52,391 nucleotides of DNA. Origin: a virus. Each line of letters begins with the position of its first letter. Positions within the stretch are counted from its first letter, which is position 1. The notes under the pieces were generated by a model. It saw only the letters and a list, made by a program, of their open reading frames with translations, was not told where the DNA came from and made no database searches. Location: positions 1 through 52,391 of the IMG/VR virus record IMGVR_UViG_3300045988_104080, one strand, 5' to 3'. The translations under genes and the position numbers were made by a program. Positions 16,779 through 24,575 of the stretch are shown one piece after another.

Positions 16779-17826
16779 GCATCAAATCATCGAGTTTTTT
16801 GACCGCCTCCGGCACCGTGGAGGGGTACAGGTGGCCGTAGGTGCGGAGGGTCGTTTGGACGTCCTCGTGTCCCAGGCGCTCGCTCACCAGCAGGATCGGG
16901 CAGCCCAGGTGGATTAGCAGAGAGGCGTGGGAGTGCCGGAGATCGTGGAGCCGGATGTGCTCCACCCCGGCGGCCTCTGACGCCTTTATCATCTCCCGCC
17001 GGAAGTAGTTCTTTGTGTACGGGAATAGCCGGTCATCCGGACCGACCTCATACAGGGCCGCCATATAGGCCCGCAGCTCCTCCACCAGCTTTGCGGGCAC
17101 CGGCAGCACCCGGCGGCTCTTTGGCGTCTTCGGCTCTGTGATGACCTCCTCGCCGTCGATGCTCTGGAAGGACTTCGAGACGGACAGGGTACCAGCATCC
17201 AGGTTCAGGTCCCTCGGCGTGAGGGCCAGCAGCTCGCCTATCCGCAGGCCGGTCCAGAACAGGACCGACAGGCCGGTCCTCGCTGGCAGCTTGCGGACCT
17301 TCTCATGGACGGCGGTAAACTGCTCGACGGTCCAGAAGTTCATCTCCTCGGCGTCCTTCTTCCCTATGCCGCCAGCCAGGCGGGCCGGATTGACCTGGAG
17401 GCCGTAGTACCGGACTGCGTAGTTGAAGATGGCGCTTATCTGGTTGTGGATGGTCTTCATGTATGTGGGGGCGAGGTTCTGCGCCAGCAGCTCGGATTGC
17501 CACTTCCGAACGTGCGTCGGCGTGATCTCGTTGAGCGGCAGCTCCCGGAAGAACGGCAGTATCTTCGAGTCTACCAGGTATCGCTTATTCTTGAGGGTAT
17601 TCGCTTTGAGACGGCCCTTCATGTCATCGAAGTAAATCTCGACCATGGACCCGAAAGCCATGTCGCAACTCCGCGCCTTTGTGCGGAGAAATTCCTCCTC
17701 GAATGCCTTTGCGTCCTTCTGGCGAAGGAAGCCCCGCTTTTTCTTTAGGCGGCGGTTCCCTTGCCAATCGGTGTAGTAAAACGATGCGTACCAGGTGCCC
17801 CGTTCTTTGTCTTTGTAGGTGGGCAT
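16774..17826 (-). CDS. int: Tyrosine integrase
   Basis: 350 aa from ATG 17826 (RBS GAGGAGGAA). An SAM-like N-terminal domain and catalytic-domain motifs: RIGELLAL, HDLRHSHASLL and LGHEDVQTTLRTYGHLY. Confidence 0.9.
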   Translation of the reverse strand: MPTYKDKERGTWYASFYYTDWQGNRRLKKKRGFLRQKDAKAFEEEFLRTKARSCDMAFGSMVEIYFDDMKGRLKANTLKNKRYLVDSKILPFFRELPLNEITPTHVRKWQSELLAQNLAPTYMKTIHNQISAIFNYAVRYYGLQVNPARLAGGIGKKDAEEMNFWTVEQFTAVHEKVRKLPARTGLSVLFWTGLRIGELLALTPRDLNLDAGTLSVSKSFQSIDGEEVITEPKTPKSRRVLPVPAKLVEELRAYMAALYEVGPDDRLFPYTKNYFRREMIKASEAAGVEHIRLHDLRHSHASLLIHLGCPILLVSERLGHEDVQTTLRTYGHLYPSTVPEAVKKLDDLMP

Positions 17827-17830
17827 CTGG

Positions 17831-18313
17831 CTATTCCTCCTCGTCCTCTTCTGCCTGATATTGGTCCCGGAAGAATACATCATCCGCCCATTTGTGGAAC
17901 ACCTGATAGCCAGGCAATTCCGACGACTCACCATCCGGCATTTCCGGGAGATCGCACCCAGAGCCATGCCGGGTCCTGTATGCTGGCATAGCAGTGAGGC
18001 AGAGCGGCGAGCGGTGGTTCTTTTTCACGTGCTCCAGGTAAAACTTCGCGTCTGAAAGAGACAGGCACTTATTGGAGACTCTGGCGCACAATTCACACGG
18101 CTCTACCCCAGCAGCAGGAACAAGCCGGACCGCGCCGACGTCGTAATCCCCCCAATCCCCCATAGGTATCTGCATCAGCTCGTCCGCTGATAACGCCCTT
18201 TTGGGCTGGTGTGATGCCTCCAGTTCTTCAACCTTATCAGCGAGCTCACTATTGCTCATTTCGTCCAAGTCTTTCCCAAGAACAGAACGCAGTATCTTGC
18301 TCATGTTCAGCAA
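17831..18313 (-). CDS. Hypothetical protein (lysogeny-module cargo; acidic C-terminus)
   Basis: ORF 17831-18322. The preferred start is TTG 18313, 8 nt after GGAGG. No family recognised. Confidence 0.5.
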   Translation of the reverse strand: MLNMSKILRSVLGKDLDEMSNSELADKVEELEASHQPKRALSADELMQIPMGDWGDYDVGAVRLVPAAGVEPCELCARVSNKCLSLSDAKFYLEHVKKNHRSPLCLTAMPAYRTRHGSGCDLPEMPDGESSELPGYQVFHKWADDVFFRDQYQAEEDEEE

Positions 18314-18419
18314 AACGGACACCTCCTTCTTTGATTATGTGTAAATCATGCCACACGTGGCCCAGGAACGCCCAGGAGCGCGTTTAACGCCCTGGGCAAT
18401 ACACGGATACCCCTGGAGC

Positions 18420-18695
18420 TTAAAACGGCTCTGAGGGGCGTTTTAGGGCTTCTGCCCGCAGAGCCCCCGGAACGTCCCTCAACCGGACGCCCTCCGAGGC
18501 CTGGTAAGCCAAGATCAGATCGGCGACGCGGGAGCTGGCGGCAGGATCACCGGCCTCGACGGCTGCCTGGTAGTCTCGCTGGAGATCGGACAGCCTGGCC
18601 GCCCTCTCCCGGGCGCAGGCCGGGCACAGCCCGGAGACCAGGTCTGCACAGTTCATCAGGGAGCCGCAGCTCCGACAGCTTTTGTAACCAAGCAT
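18420..18695 (-). CDS. Small zinc-ribbon protein
   Basis: 91 aa with CRSCGS...CPAC near the N-terminus, RBS GAGAGGAG, located between the integrase and repressor genes. Confidence 0.5.
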   Translation of the reverse strand: MLGYKSCRSCGSLMNCADLVSGLCPACARERAARLSDLQRDYQAAVEAGDPAASSRVADLILAYQASEGVRLRDVPGALRAEALKRPSEPF

Positions 18696-18769
18696 TTTCT
18701 TCGCTCCTCTCTCAAAACGCGACTATCGCTCTATCCGCGCGCGCGCGTATAGTCACCATCATCATCATA

Positions 18770-18945
18770 GTTTATATAACACGTTTATATACACGTTTAT
18801 ATTATGTCGGTAATTATTACCGGGAATAATTACCGGGAATAATCACCACCTATTTTCAAAATACCCGGTAAAAATCACCACCTATTTTGAGGCGGGCCGG
18901 TTCTGTGGCATTAAAACCACACAATTTCCACAGAGTTTTCCACAG
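18770..18945. promoter_or_regulatory. AT-rich repeat cluster (several families of short direct and inverted repeats)
   Basis: GTTTATATA x3 (18771-18803); TTACCGGGAATAA x2 (18816-18842) plus an inverted CCCGGTAA (18863-18870); AATCACCACCTATTTT x2 (18841-18856, 18873-18888); CTGTGG (18903-18908) inverted to TTTCCACAG x2 (18925-18945). Confidence 0.5.
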
Positions 18946-18970
18946 GCCTACCGCCGGAAGTCCACCCAGA

Positions 18971-19354
18971 TCACACGGCCCTCCCGGCGGAGGACCCGGC
19001 TGCCGGTGCTCCCCCCTTACCCTCCCCGAGAATGGGGGCAGTCATCTCCTGGAGGCGGCCCAACAAGAGCAGCTGCTCGCGCTCCGGTAGCTGCTCATAG
19101 AGTTCCAGCATCTCGCGCCCGTTCTCGGATATTCCGGGGACGGGCGCTTTTTCTGTTTCCTGGCCGGTGAGCAGGTACTCCAGGGAACAGCCCAAATACT
19201 CACAAATGAGTGTGATATACTTTGCAGGCGGGTCCGTGTTTCTCTGCTTCCAATTCGTTGTCTGATTCGTCCCTACGCCAAGGACTTTGCATAAGCCGCT
19301 GGCGGACAGGCCTTTTTCATCCAGAATGGAAAACATTCTTTCGCCTATGGTCAT
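18971..19354 (-). CDS. XRE-family HTH repressor (CI-like)
   Basis: 127 aa from ATG 19354 (RBS GGAGGTG). HTH ..LSASGLCKVLGVGTNQTTNWKQR... Divergent from the early operon. Confidence 0.8.
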   Translation of the reverse strand: MTIGERMFSILDEKGLSASGLCKVLGVGTNQTTNWKQRNTDPPAKYITLICEYLGCSLEYLLTGQETEKAPVPGISENGREMLELYEQLPEREQLLLLGRLQEMTAPILGEGKGGAPAAGSSAGRAV

Positions 19355-19407
19355 AAAGATCACCTCCGAGTGGTATGCAGAATACCCAAAAAGTTAGGGA
19401 AACTTTT

Positions 19408-19456
19408 TGCTCCATTTGGGAGCAGAGAATGTTGACTTTGCTCCCAAACGGGAGTA
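19408..19456. promoter_or_regulatory. Two related palindromic operators
   Basis: TGCTCCATTTGGGAGCA (19408-19424) and TGCTCCCAAACGGGAGTA (19439-19456). The second lies in the -35/-10 spacer of the early promoter. Confidence 0.55.
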
Positions 19457-19460
19457 TAAT
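19432..19460 (+). promoter_or_regulatory. Early rightward promoter (sigma70/sigmaA consensus)
   Basis: TTGACT (19432-19437), 17-nt spacer, TATAAT (19455-19460). Confidence 0.75.
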
Positions 19461-19502
19461 ATAATCAAGCCAAAGGAATGAGGTAAAACCCCAAAAGAAA
19501 CG

Positions 19503-19516
19503 CCGGGTGCAACCGG
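19503..19516 (+). promoter_or_regulatory. GTGCAA-loop hairpin, copy 1
   Basis: CCGG-gtgcaa-CCGG, 30 nt upstream of ATG 19546, followed by the conserved ..GCG.AAAGGA..TAAC.. leader. Confidence 0.5.
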
Positions 19517-19545
19517 AAGCGCAGAGCGCGGAAAGGATAACTAAC

Positions 19546-19821
19546 ATGGAAAAGACAATCAAGGTTGAGTGGTGCGAAAACTTCATCAAGGCTCGCTTCA
19601 CGAAGCACCACGCGTTCCCTGGCCCTAACGCTGGCATCGAGGTCAACTGCTTCTGGAAGATGGCCGAGGCCTCTGGATTGTGGGAGCGCGGCACCTACGG
19701 GACCCCGATGAGCAAGGCCCTCGGGAACATCACCACCGTTGAGACGGTCTGCGACGGAAACGGTAAGCGCCTGTTCGATGTCTTCAAGCTCAAGGCAGAC
19801 CTGGCGCAAGGAACCGTGTAA
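19546..19821 (+). CDS. Hypothetical protein (first gene of the early operon)
   Basis: 91 aa, RBS AAAGGA; no recognised family. Confidence 0.55.
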   Translation: MEKTIKVEWCENFIKARFTKHHAFPGPNAGIEVNCFWKMAEASGLWERGTYGTPMSKALGNITTVETVCDGNGKRLFDVFKLKADLAQGTV

Positions 19822-19839
19822 CAGATGGGAGGAGATACC

Positions 19840-20178
19840 ATGAAACCTGCAATCATTTCCATTGCCGCCTATGCGGCCAAGATGATGACGATGCCGGTCG
19901 GAACCCGGTTCGAGCTCCACGGCCAGAAGGTCGGGCGCATCACCTACACCGTGAGAACCTGCAAGCTCCTGATGAATGCCGTGCACCCCGGCCGCCGGAC
20001 TATCCGGCGCCGGTGGCATACGAGCCGCCTCTACCAGCGGTTCGACGGCGCTCGCTGGCACTTCTTCGGGTACAACCCGGTCGGGGCCAAGCTCCTGGAC
20101 ATCGTGGACGGTCTCCACAAGAAGCACCCGGAGAGCAGCGCAGTTCACAAGCTCTGGCTGTTCTGCCTGCCGTTTTGA
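19840..20178 (+). CDS. Hypothetical protein
   Basis: 112 aa from ATG 19840 (RBS GGGAGGAG). Confidence 0.5.
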   Translation: MKPAIISIAAYAAKMMTMPVGTRFELHGQKVGRITYTVRTCKLLMNAVHPGRRTIRRRWHTSRLYQRFDGARWHFFGYNPVGAKLLDIVDGLHKKHPESSAVHKLWLFCLPF

Positions 20179-20192
20179 GAGGGGGAACGAAC

Positions 20193-20321
20193 ATGAGCTA
20201 CATGGGCATGAACATCCTGGAGTACATCGACTGGCTGATGGACCAGGGTATGAGCGAGGGCGACGCCGAGCGTGAGGCCTCCGCTGCCTTCAATCTTTAC
20301 GAGGAGGACGACGAAGCATGA
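20193..20321 (+). CDS. Small acidic hypothetical protein
   Basis: 42 aa, RBS-like GAGGGGGAA; the stop overlaps the next start (ATGA). Confidence 0.4.
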   Translation: MSYMGMNILEYIDWLMDQGMSEGDAEREASAAFNLYEEDDEA

Positions 20322-20560
20322 GAGACTGGAGAGACCTCACCCCGGAGGAGCGCAAAGCAGAACGGGACAAGGTGCCCGGCAGCTTTGAGCGGAAGACCCG
20401 CATGGACAACTGCTTGAAGACCACCCTGGGCCTTCTCGGAGATGATGAGGCCGCCCGGGCGAAGGCCTGGAAGGTGCCCTACGGGTGCTACCTCATCAAC
20501 ACCCCGGAGGAGATCGCCGCCCACTGCCGGGCGGCGGCCCACGGGAAGGAGGTGCGCTGA
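20318..20560 (+). CDS. Hypothetical protein
   Basis: 80 aa, translationally coupled on both sides. Confidence 0.5.
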   Translation: MRDWRDLTPEERKAERDKVPGSFERKTRMDNCLKTTLGLLGDDEAARAKAWKVPYGCYLINTPEEIAAHCRAAAHGKEVR

Positions 20561-20790
20561 TGGCACGGAGACGCCTCACCGTCCTGGAGTGGATGACTGT
20601 CGTTGGAAACGCCAGCGACCAGATCGAGACGGTCATCTGTTACGGTTCGGAAACCGTTTGCAAGGGGCCGAGCCCCCAATGGATTGCGAGTCATGGCCCG
20701 GTCGGCCCGCTGGAGGCCAAGGTAAACTACGTCACCTTGACCCGAGACCGCATCACTGTTTACGCCAAGCCCAAAGACATCACGATTTAA
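20560..20790 (+). CDS. Hypothetical protein
   Basis: 76 aa from ATG 20560 (TGATG overlap). Confidence 0.45.
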   Translation: MARRRLTVLEWMTVVGNASDQIETVICYGSETVCKGPSPQWIASHGPVGPLEAKVNYVTLTRDRITVYAKPKDITI

Positions 20791-20791
20791 G

Positions 20792-20809
20792 CGCCGGGTG
20801 CAACCGGCG
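20792..20809 (+). promoter_or_regulatory. GTGCAA-loop hairpin, copy 2
   Basis: CGCCGG-gtgcaa-CCGGCG, then ..ccaaatgcgaaaggagctaacc ATG (20833). Confidence 0.5.
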
Positions 20810-20832
20810 GCCAAATGCGAAAGGAGCTAACC

Positions 20833-21282
20833 ATGAAATTCCTCGAAACCAGAACCGAGATCGCCAAGGCGATCAACTTCAAGCAGTACCCCACCATCCG
20901 CATCGACGTGAGCGAGACCGACGACTATGGGATCGTCGGAACCCACGTCCTCATCGACAACGGGACCTTCCGCACTGGCGAGCCCTACTTCGTCAAGGCA
21001 ACCATCCGGGCCTTCCGCGACGAGGGCTACTTGAAGTTCAAGAGCTACGGCAGCTGCCTGCACGCCGACTTCACCTACTCCGACATGGAGAAGATGCTCG
21101 ACTATGCCAACGTCCCCGTCATCAAGCCTGACCAGGAAATCCTGGTGTGCCTGGTGGACAGCGTGAAGCGCCTGATTTACAAGCCGGTGGTGCTCAAGAC
21201 CGGCGCTCGGGTGGACCCGCACTGTCAGACCCCCTTGACCCTGGAGAAGTTCATGGTCCCGGACATGGAGGTGGACGCCTGA
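20833..21282 (+). CDS. Hypothetical protein
   Basis: 149 aa, RBS AAAGGAG. Confidence 0.55.
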   Translation: MKFLETRTEIAKAINFKQYPTIRIDVSETDDYGIVGTHVLIDNGTFRTGEPYFVKATIRAFRDEGYLKFKSYGSCLHADFTYSDMEKMLDYANVPVIKPDQEILVCLVDSVKRLIYKPVVLKTGARVDPHCQTPLTLEKFMVPDMEVDA

Positions 21283-21536
21283 TGCCGAGATACCCCAAGA
21301 ACCACAAGGACGTCGAGTATTACGTCCAGGGCCGGAAGCGACGGGTCTCCGGCTCCACGGTGGCAACTGAAAGGTTTCTCGTCATGGTCCACCAAGATCA
21401 TCCGGCTGCGACGATCTCGCAACTGCGTGAGATCATCACCGACAAGACCAAATACATCCTGTGCCCCGAAGGCCTGGCCGTCCTGGATGACCACATCGAG
21501 GCGGGCTACGGGGACCACATTCCGAACTGGAGGTAA
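21282..21536 (+). CDS. Hypothetical protein
   Basis: 84 aa, TGATG overlap with the upstream gene. Confidence 0.5.
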   Translation: MPRYPKNHKDVEYYVQGRKRRVSGSTVATERFLVMVHQDHPAATISQLREIITDKTKYILCPEGLAVLDDHIEAGYGDHIPNWR

Positions 21537-21542
21537 CTGACC

Positions 21543-22244
21543 ATGGCAACCAACATCAAGGACAAGATCGCCAAGCTGCTGGCTTTGGCGGAGAGCCCAA
21601 ACGAGAACGAGGCCCGCGCCGCCTTGCTCAAGGCCCGGGAGCTCATGGCGGAGCACAAGCTCCGCCCGGAGGAAATCAAGAAGGCCGAGAAGGCTAAGGT
21701 CATTCGGGAGGTACTGGACGTAACCTGCACGACGATGACGAATCCCTGGGCCTGCTCGCTGTCGGCTGTCATCGCAACGCACTACTGCTGCCGGGCCTAT
21801 CGGACCCAGAAGTTTGCCGGGAGCCGCACCGTGAAGATCGGCCTGGTTGGCCTGGAGGATGACTTCGAGATCGCAAAGCGCATCTTCCTGTACGCCTACG
21901 ACTGCGTGATGTCCTACATCAAGCGGGAGATCAAGAAGTACCCGACCGACCCTCCCGGAACCTACCGCGAGAAGTGTAACGCCTACGGCTGGGGCTTCGT
22001 TCAGGGCGTGAAGGCTGCCTTCGAGAAGCAGGATGAGGAAAACCGCGAGTGGGGCCTCGTCCTGGTGGTACCGAAGGCCGTGGACGACAGCATGAAGGAC
22101 ATGGGCAAGCCCAGTACCTTCGGCCGCATCCATGACAACCACGCTAACTACCGGGCCAGGGGCTACAAAGACGGGGCGGAGTTCGACCCCTCCACGAAGC
22201 TGGCCGGGTCCGCTGCTAAGGCGGCGATTGGGGCCGGAGCATGA
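21543..22244 (+). CDS. DUF2786-like domain protein
   Basis: 233 aa. The N-terminal KIAKLLALAESPNENEARAALLKARELM motif is typical of DUF2786 proteins of phages and plasmids. Confidence 0.6.
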   Translation: MATNIKDKIAKLLALAESPNENEARAALLKARELMAEHKLRPEEIKKAEKAKVIREVLDVTCTTMTNPWACSLSAVIATHYCCRAYRTQKFAGSRTVKIGLVGLEDDFEIAKRIFLYAYDCVMSYIKREIKKYPTDPPGTYREKCNAYGWGFVQGVKAAFEKQDEENREWGLVLVVPKAVDDSMKDMGKPSTFGRIHDNHANYRARGYKDGAEFDPSTKLAGSAAKAAIGAGA

Positions 22245-22453
22245 AGAAGCTGACCCTGTATCTCCTGGGACGCGATAGTTGGGACCGCCCGGTCTACGAT
22301 GACGGGACCGGGCGGCTCCTGGTGGACGTTGACCCCAGGACCGGCCGAGCACCGGACATCTGCACAAAGCAAGGGAACGCCTTCGACGGCGAACCGTGTG
22401 ACCCGGTGGAGGCAGACTTCACCTTCACCCCGCATCGAGACACCTGGTATTAG
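22241..22453 (+). CDS. Hypothetical protein
   Basis: 70 aa, ATGA overlap with the upstream gene. Confidence 0.5.
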   Translation: MKKLTLYLLGRDSWDRPVYDDGTGRLLVDVDPRTGRAPDICTKQGNAFDGEPCDPVEADFTFTPHRDTWY

Positions 22454-22506
22454 TATAGCACACAACAAGCCAAAAGCACAAGCCAAAGGAATAAGGAGTG
22501 ATAACC

Positions 22507-22728
22507 ATGAGGACTACCCGAGTTAAGCCCAAGACCGACTTCGGCATCGAGGTCCGTGTCTTCACGGCGCAGACCGGCATGACTGTGAAAGAGCTGGCGG
22601 AGCGGTCCGGTGTAAAATACACCACCCTGGTCGAGACAACGACCGGCCGGTGCGCCGGGCACCAGCTCATCCCCACCGTCCGCAAGTTCATGCAGGACTA
22701 CACGGAGCGCATGAGAATGGAGGCGTGA
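22507..22728 (+). CDS. Small HTH DNA-binding protein
   Basis: 73 aa, RBS AAGGAG. HTH-like ..TGMTVKELAERSGVKYTTLVE... Confidence 0.55.
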   Translation: MRTTRVKPKTDFGIEVRVFTAQTGMTVKELAERSGVKYTTLVETTTGRCAGHQLIPTVRKFMQDYTERMRMEA

Positions 22729-22730
22729 GT

Positions 22731-22931
22731 ATGGCGAAGGTTAAGACCGCACGCGATCTGTTTTATCGTGTCGATGACGTTATGACGCTGCTGGGCTACT
22801 CCCGCAGCAAGAGTTACAAGATCATCGCCCAGCTCAACCGCGAGCTGGAGGCTGCTGGGTTCTGCACTTGTGACGGCCGGGTGAGCCGCCGGTATTTCGA
22901 CAAGCGCTACGGCCTGGAGGCCGGAGCGTAA
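22731..22931 (+). CDS. Excisionase-like / MerR-type HTH DNA-binding protein
   Basis: 66 aa. ..YRVDDVMTLLGYSRSKSYKIIAQLNRELEAAG..GRVSRRYF.. resembles Xis/HTH_17-type phage proteins. Confidence 0.5.
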   Translation: MAKVKTARDLFYRVDDVMTLLGYSRSKSYKIIAQLNRELEAAGFCTCDGRVSRRYFDKRYGLEAGA

Positions 22932-22941
22932 GGAGGGCATC

Positions 22942-23310
22942 ATGGAGACGAAAGAGTTTACAATCAAGATCAAGCCGGACGAACGGACGCAGGCCAAGAA
23001 GAAGGCGTGGGAGCGCCGGTTCTATGCGAGGCTGTCCATCCTGGCCCTGGCCGCTATGGCGACGGCGAGGCTGGTGCTCCTGACCATCGACATCATCCAG
23101 CTTCGCGCTGGTACTGTCGGCGGAGAAATCTGCATCCCGGCCTACGTGGCGATCTTCATCTACACCGGCTGGAAGCTCAAGAGCTGGTCTGCCGGAACCA
23201 GAAAGGGGAAAAGAGAATGTACTACAACGAGTGTATCCAATGCGGGAGCCATCTCGACCCGGGAGAGGTCTGTGACTGTCTCCGGGAGGAGAGTAAAGCA
23301 CGGCGCGTGA
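22942..23310 (+). CDS. Putative membrane protein
   Basis: 122 aa with two hydrophobic segments; the 3' end overlaps the next gene by about 90 nt, so the extent is uncertain. Confidence 0.35.
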   Translation: METKEFTIKIKPDERTQAKKKAWERRFYARLSILALAAMATARLVLLTIDIIQLRAGTVGGEICIPAYVAIFIYTGWKLKSWSAGTRKGKRECTTTSVSNAGAISTRERSVTVSGRRVKHGA

Positions 23311-23594
23311 CCGTGGACGACTGGAGGGCGGACGGAGACTTTGATAAGGCCGCAAAGCCCGGTGACTTGGTGGACGAGGAGATCGTCCAGGAGTTCGTGA
23401 ACGTCCTCCCTCCGACCACTCTGCGGAGCAACCTGGTCCAGGCCGGTGAGCCGTACTCCCACCACTTTGACCCGGAGACGGAGCGCTGGAGATGCACCTA
23501 CACCACATTCGCCAAGGTGGACGGCGAGTGGGTGTACTGCGGGAACTGTTTTGTAGGTAAGACCGAGGAGCCCCCGAAGCTCCCGAATGTATAA
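23217..23594 (+). CDS. Hypothetical Cys-motif protein
   Basis: 125 aa from ATG 23217 (RBS AAAGGGGAAAAGAG). N-terminal CIQCGS...CDC and C-terminal CGNC motifs. Confidence 0.5.
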   Translation: MYYNECIQCGSHLDPGEVCDCLREESKARRVTVDDWRADGDFDKAAKPGDLVDEEIVQEFVNVLPPTTLRSNLVQAGEPYSHHFDPETERWRCTYTTFAKVDGEWVYCGNCFVGKTEEPPKLPNV

Positions 23595-23595
23595 G

Positions 23596-23613
23596 CAGCG
23601 GGTGCAACCGCTG
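23596..23613 (+). promoter_or_regulatory. GTGCAA-loop hairpin, copy 3
   Basis: CAGCGG-gtgcaa-CCGCTG, then ..acatcgaaaggagataactgacc ATG (23637). Confidence 0.5.
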
Positions 23614-23636
23614 ACATCGAAAGGAGATAACTGACC

Positions 23637-24539
23637 ATGAACTACTACCCCATCAACGAGGAAGCCGCCCGACGCGCCAACGACATGAACAGCTTCCGGG
23701 ACTACAAGGACGGAAGCGCAACTGCTGAGTACCGCCGCATGGTGGACGCAGCCACCGAGCTGGCCGAGCGCCAGAAGGAGCGCGTGGACCCCATGTACCA
23801 CGAGAAGATCGACGGGCTGCTGGAGACCTACTGCCGGAAGCTGGCGGCGAACATGAACGCCAGCTACTCCATCGAAGCTCGCTGTCCCTCTATCCTCATC
23901 TCCGGCGGCGGGAACTTCCCGGTCCGCAAGAAAGAGAAGCAGAACGCGGCCAGAGACCGCAACCGCGAAGAATGGAACTACATCCAGGGCTTGCTTGATA
24001 AAATCCGCAGCGTCGGAACCGGCGGCATCTCGTCCGATGACCCCATGGCCCTGGACAAGCTCAAGCTCAAGCTGAACAAGCTGGTGAAGCTCCAGGAGAC
24101 GATGAAGGCAGCCAACGCCGCCATCAGGATGAAGGACGAGGCCAAGAGGGATGCCAAGCTCGCGGAGCTGGGCTACTCCCCGGAGGAGATCAAGGAGCTG
24201 CTGGAGCCGGACTTCTGTGGCCGCATCGGCTACCCCGCCTATGAGCTATCCAACAACAACGCCAACATCCGGCGCATCCGGCAGCGGATCGCGGAGCTGG
24301 AGGCCAAGAAGGAGAACCCGGCTGAGGGCTGGGAGTTCGATGGGGGCAAGGTCGTTGTAAACCAGAGCATGAACCGCCTCCAGATCGTCTTCGACGACCG
24401 GCCGGACGAGGGCCTTCGCTCCGAGCTCAAAGGGGAAGGGTTCCGCTGGGCGCCCTCTCAGGGAGCGTGGCAGCGGCAGCTTACCGACAACGCTATGCGG
24501 GCGGCTCGCCGTATCAAGGCGATTGCCCCGGGGGATTAA
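23637..24539 (+). CDS. DUF3560-like protein
   Basis: 300 aa. ..GYPAYELSNNNANIRRIRQRIAELE.. and C-terminal ..GFRWAPSQGAWQRQ.. resemble the DUF3560 family of phages and plasmids. Confidence 0.5.
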   Translation: MNYYPINEEAARRANDMNSFRDYKDGSATAEYRRMVDAATELAERQKERVDPMYHEKIDGLLETYCRKLAANMNASYSIEARCPSILISGGGNFPVRKKEKQNAARDRNREEWNYIQGLLDKIRSVGTGGISSDDPMALDKLKLKLNKLVKLQETMKAANAAIRMKDEAKRDAKLAELGYSPEEIKELLEPDFCGRIGYPAYELSNNNANIRRIRQRIAELEAKKENPAEGWEFDGGKVVVNQSMNRLQIVFDDRPDEGLRSELKGEGFRWAPSQGAWQRQLTDNAMRAARRIKAIAPGD

Positions 24540-24575
24540 CTGTCCCCATTATACCCGAAAAGGAGGGTGAGCAGC

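Noticed and set aside
16525-16917. 130-aa + strand ORF in the endolysin-integrase gap.
   Set aside because: It crosses the bidirectional terminator and runs antisense into the integrase 3' end. It has a low-complexity basic composition and no RBS.
18736-18747. An alternating CG dodecamer as a Z-DNA-forming functional element.
   Set aside because: It is a single short tract with no supporting context. It is mentioned only as part of the repeat-rich island.
18770-18945. A CRISPR-like array or other spacer-repeat structure.
   Set aside because: The repeats are 9-16 nt, each occurs only two or three times, they come from several unrelated families, and they lack regular spacers. No CRISPR array is present anywhere in the window.
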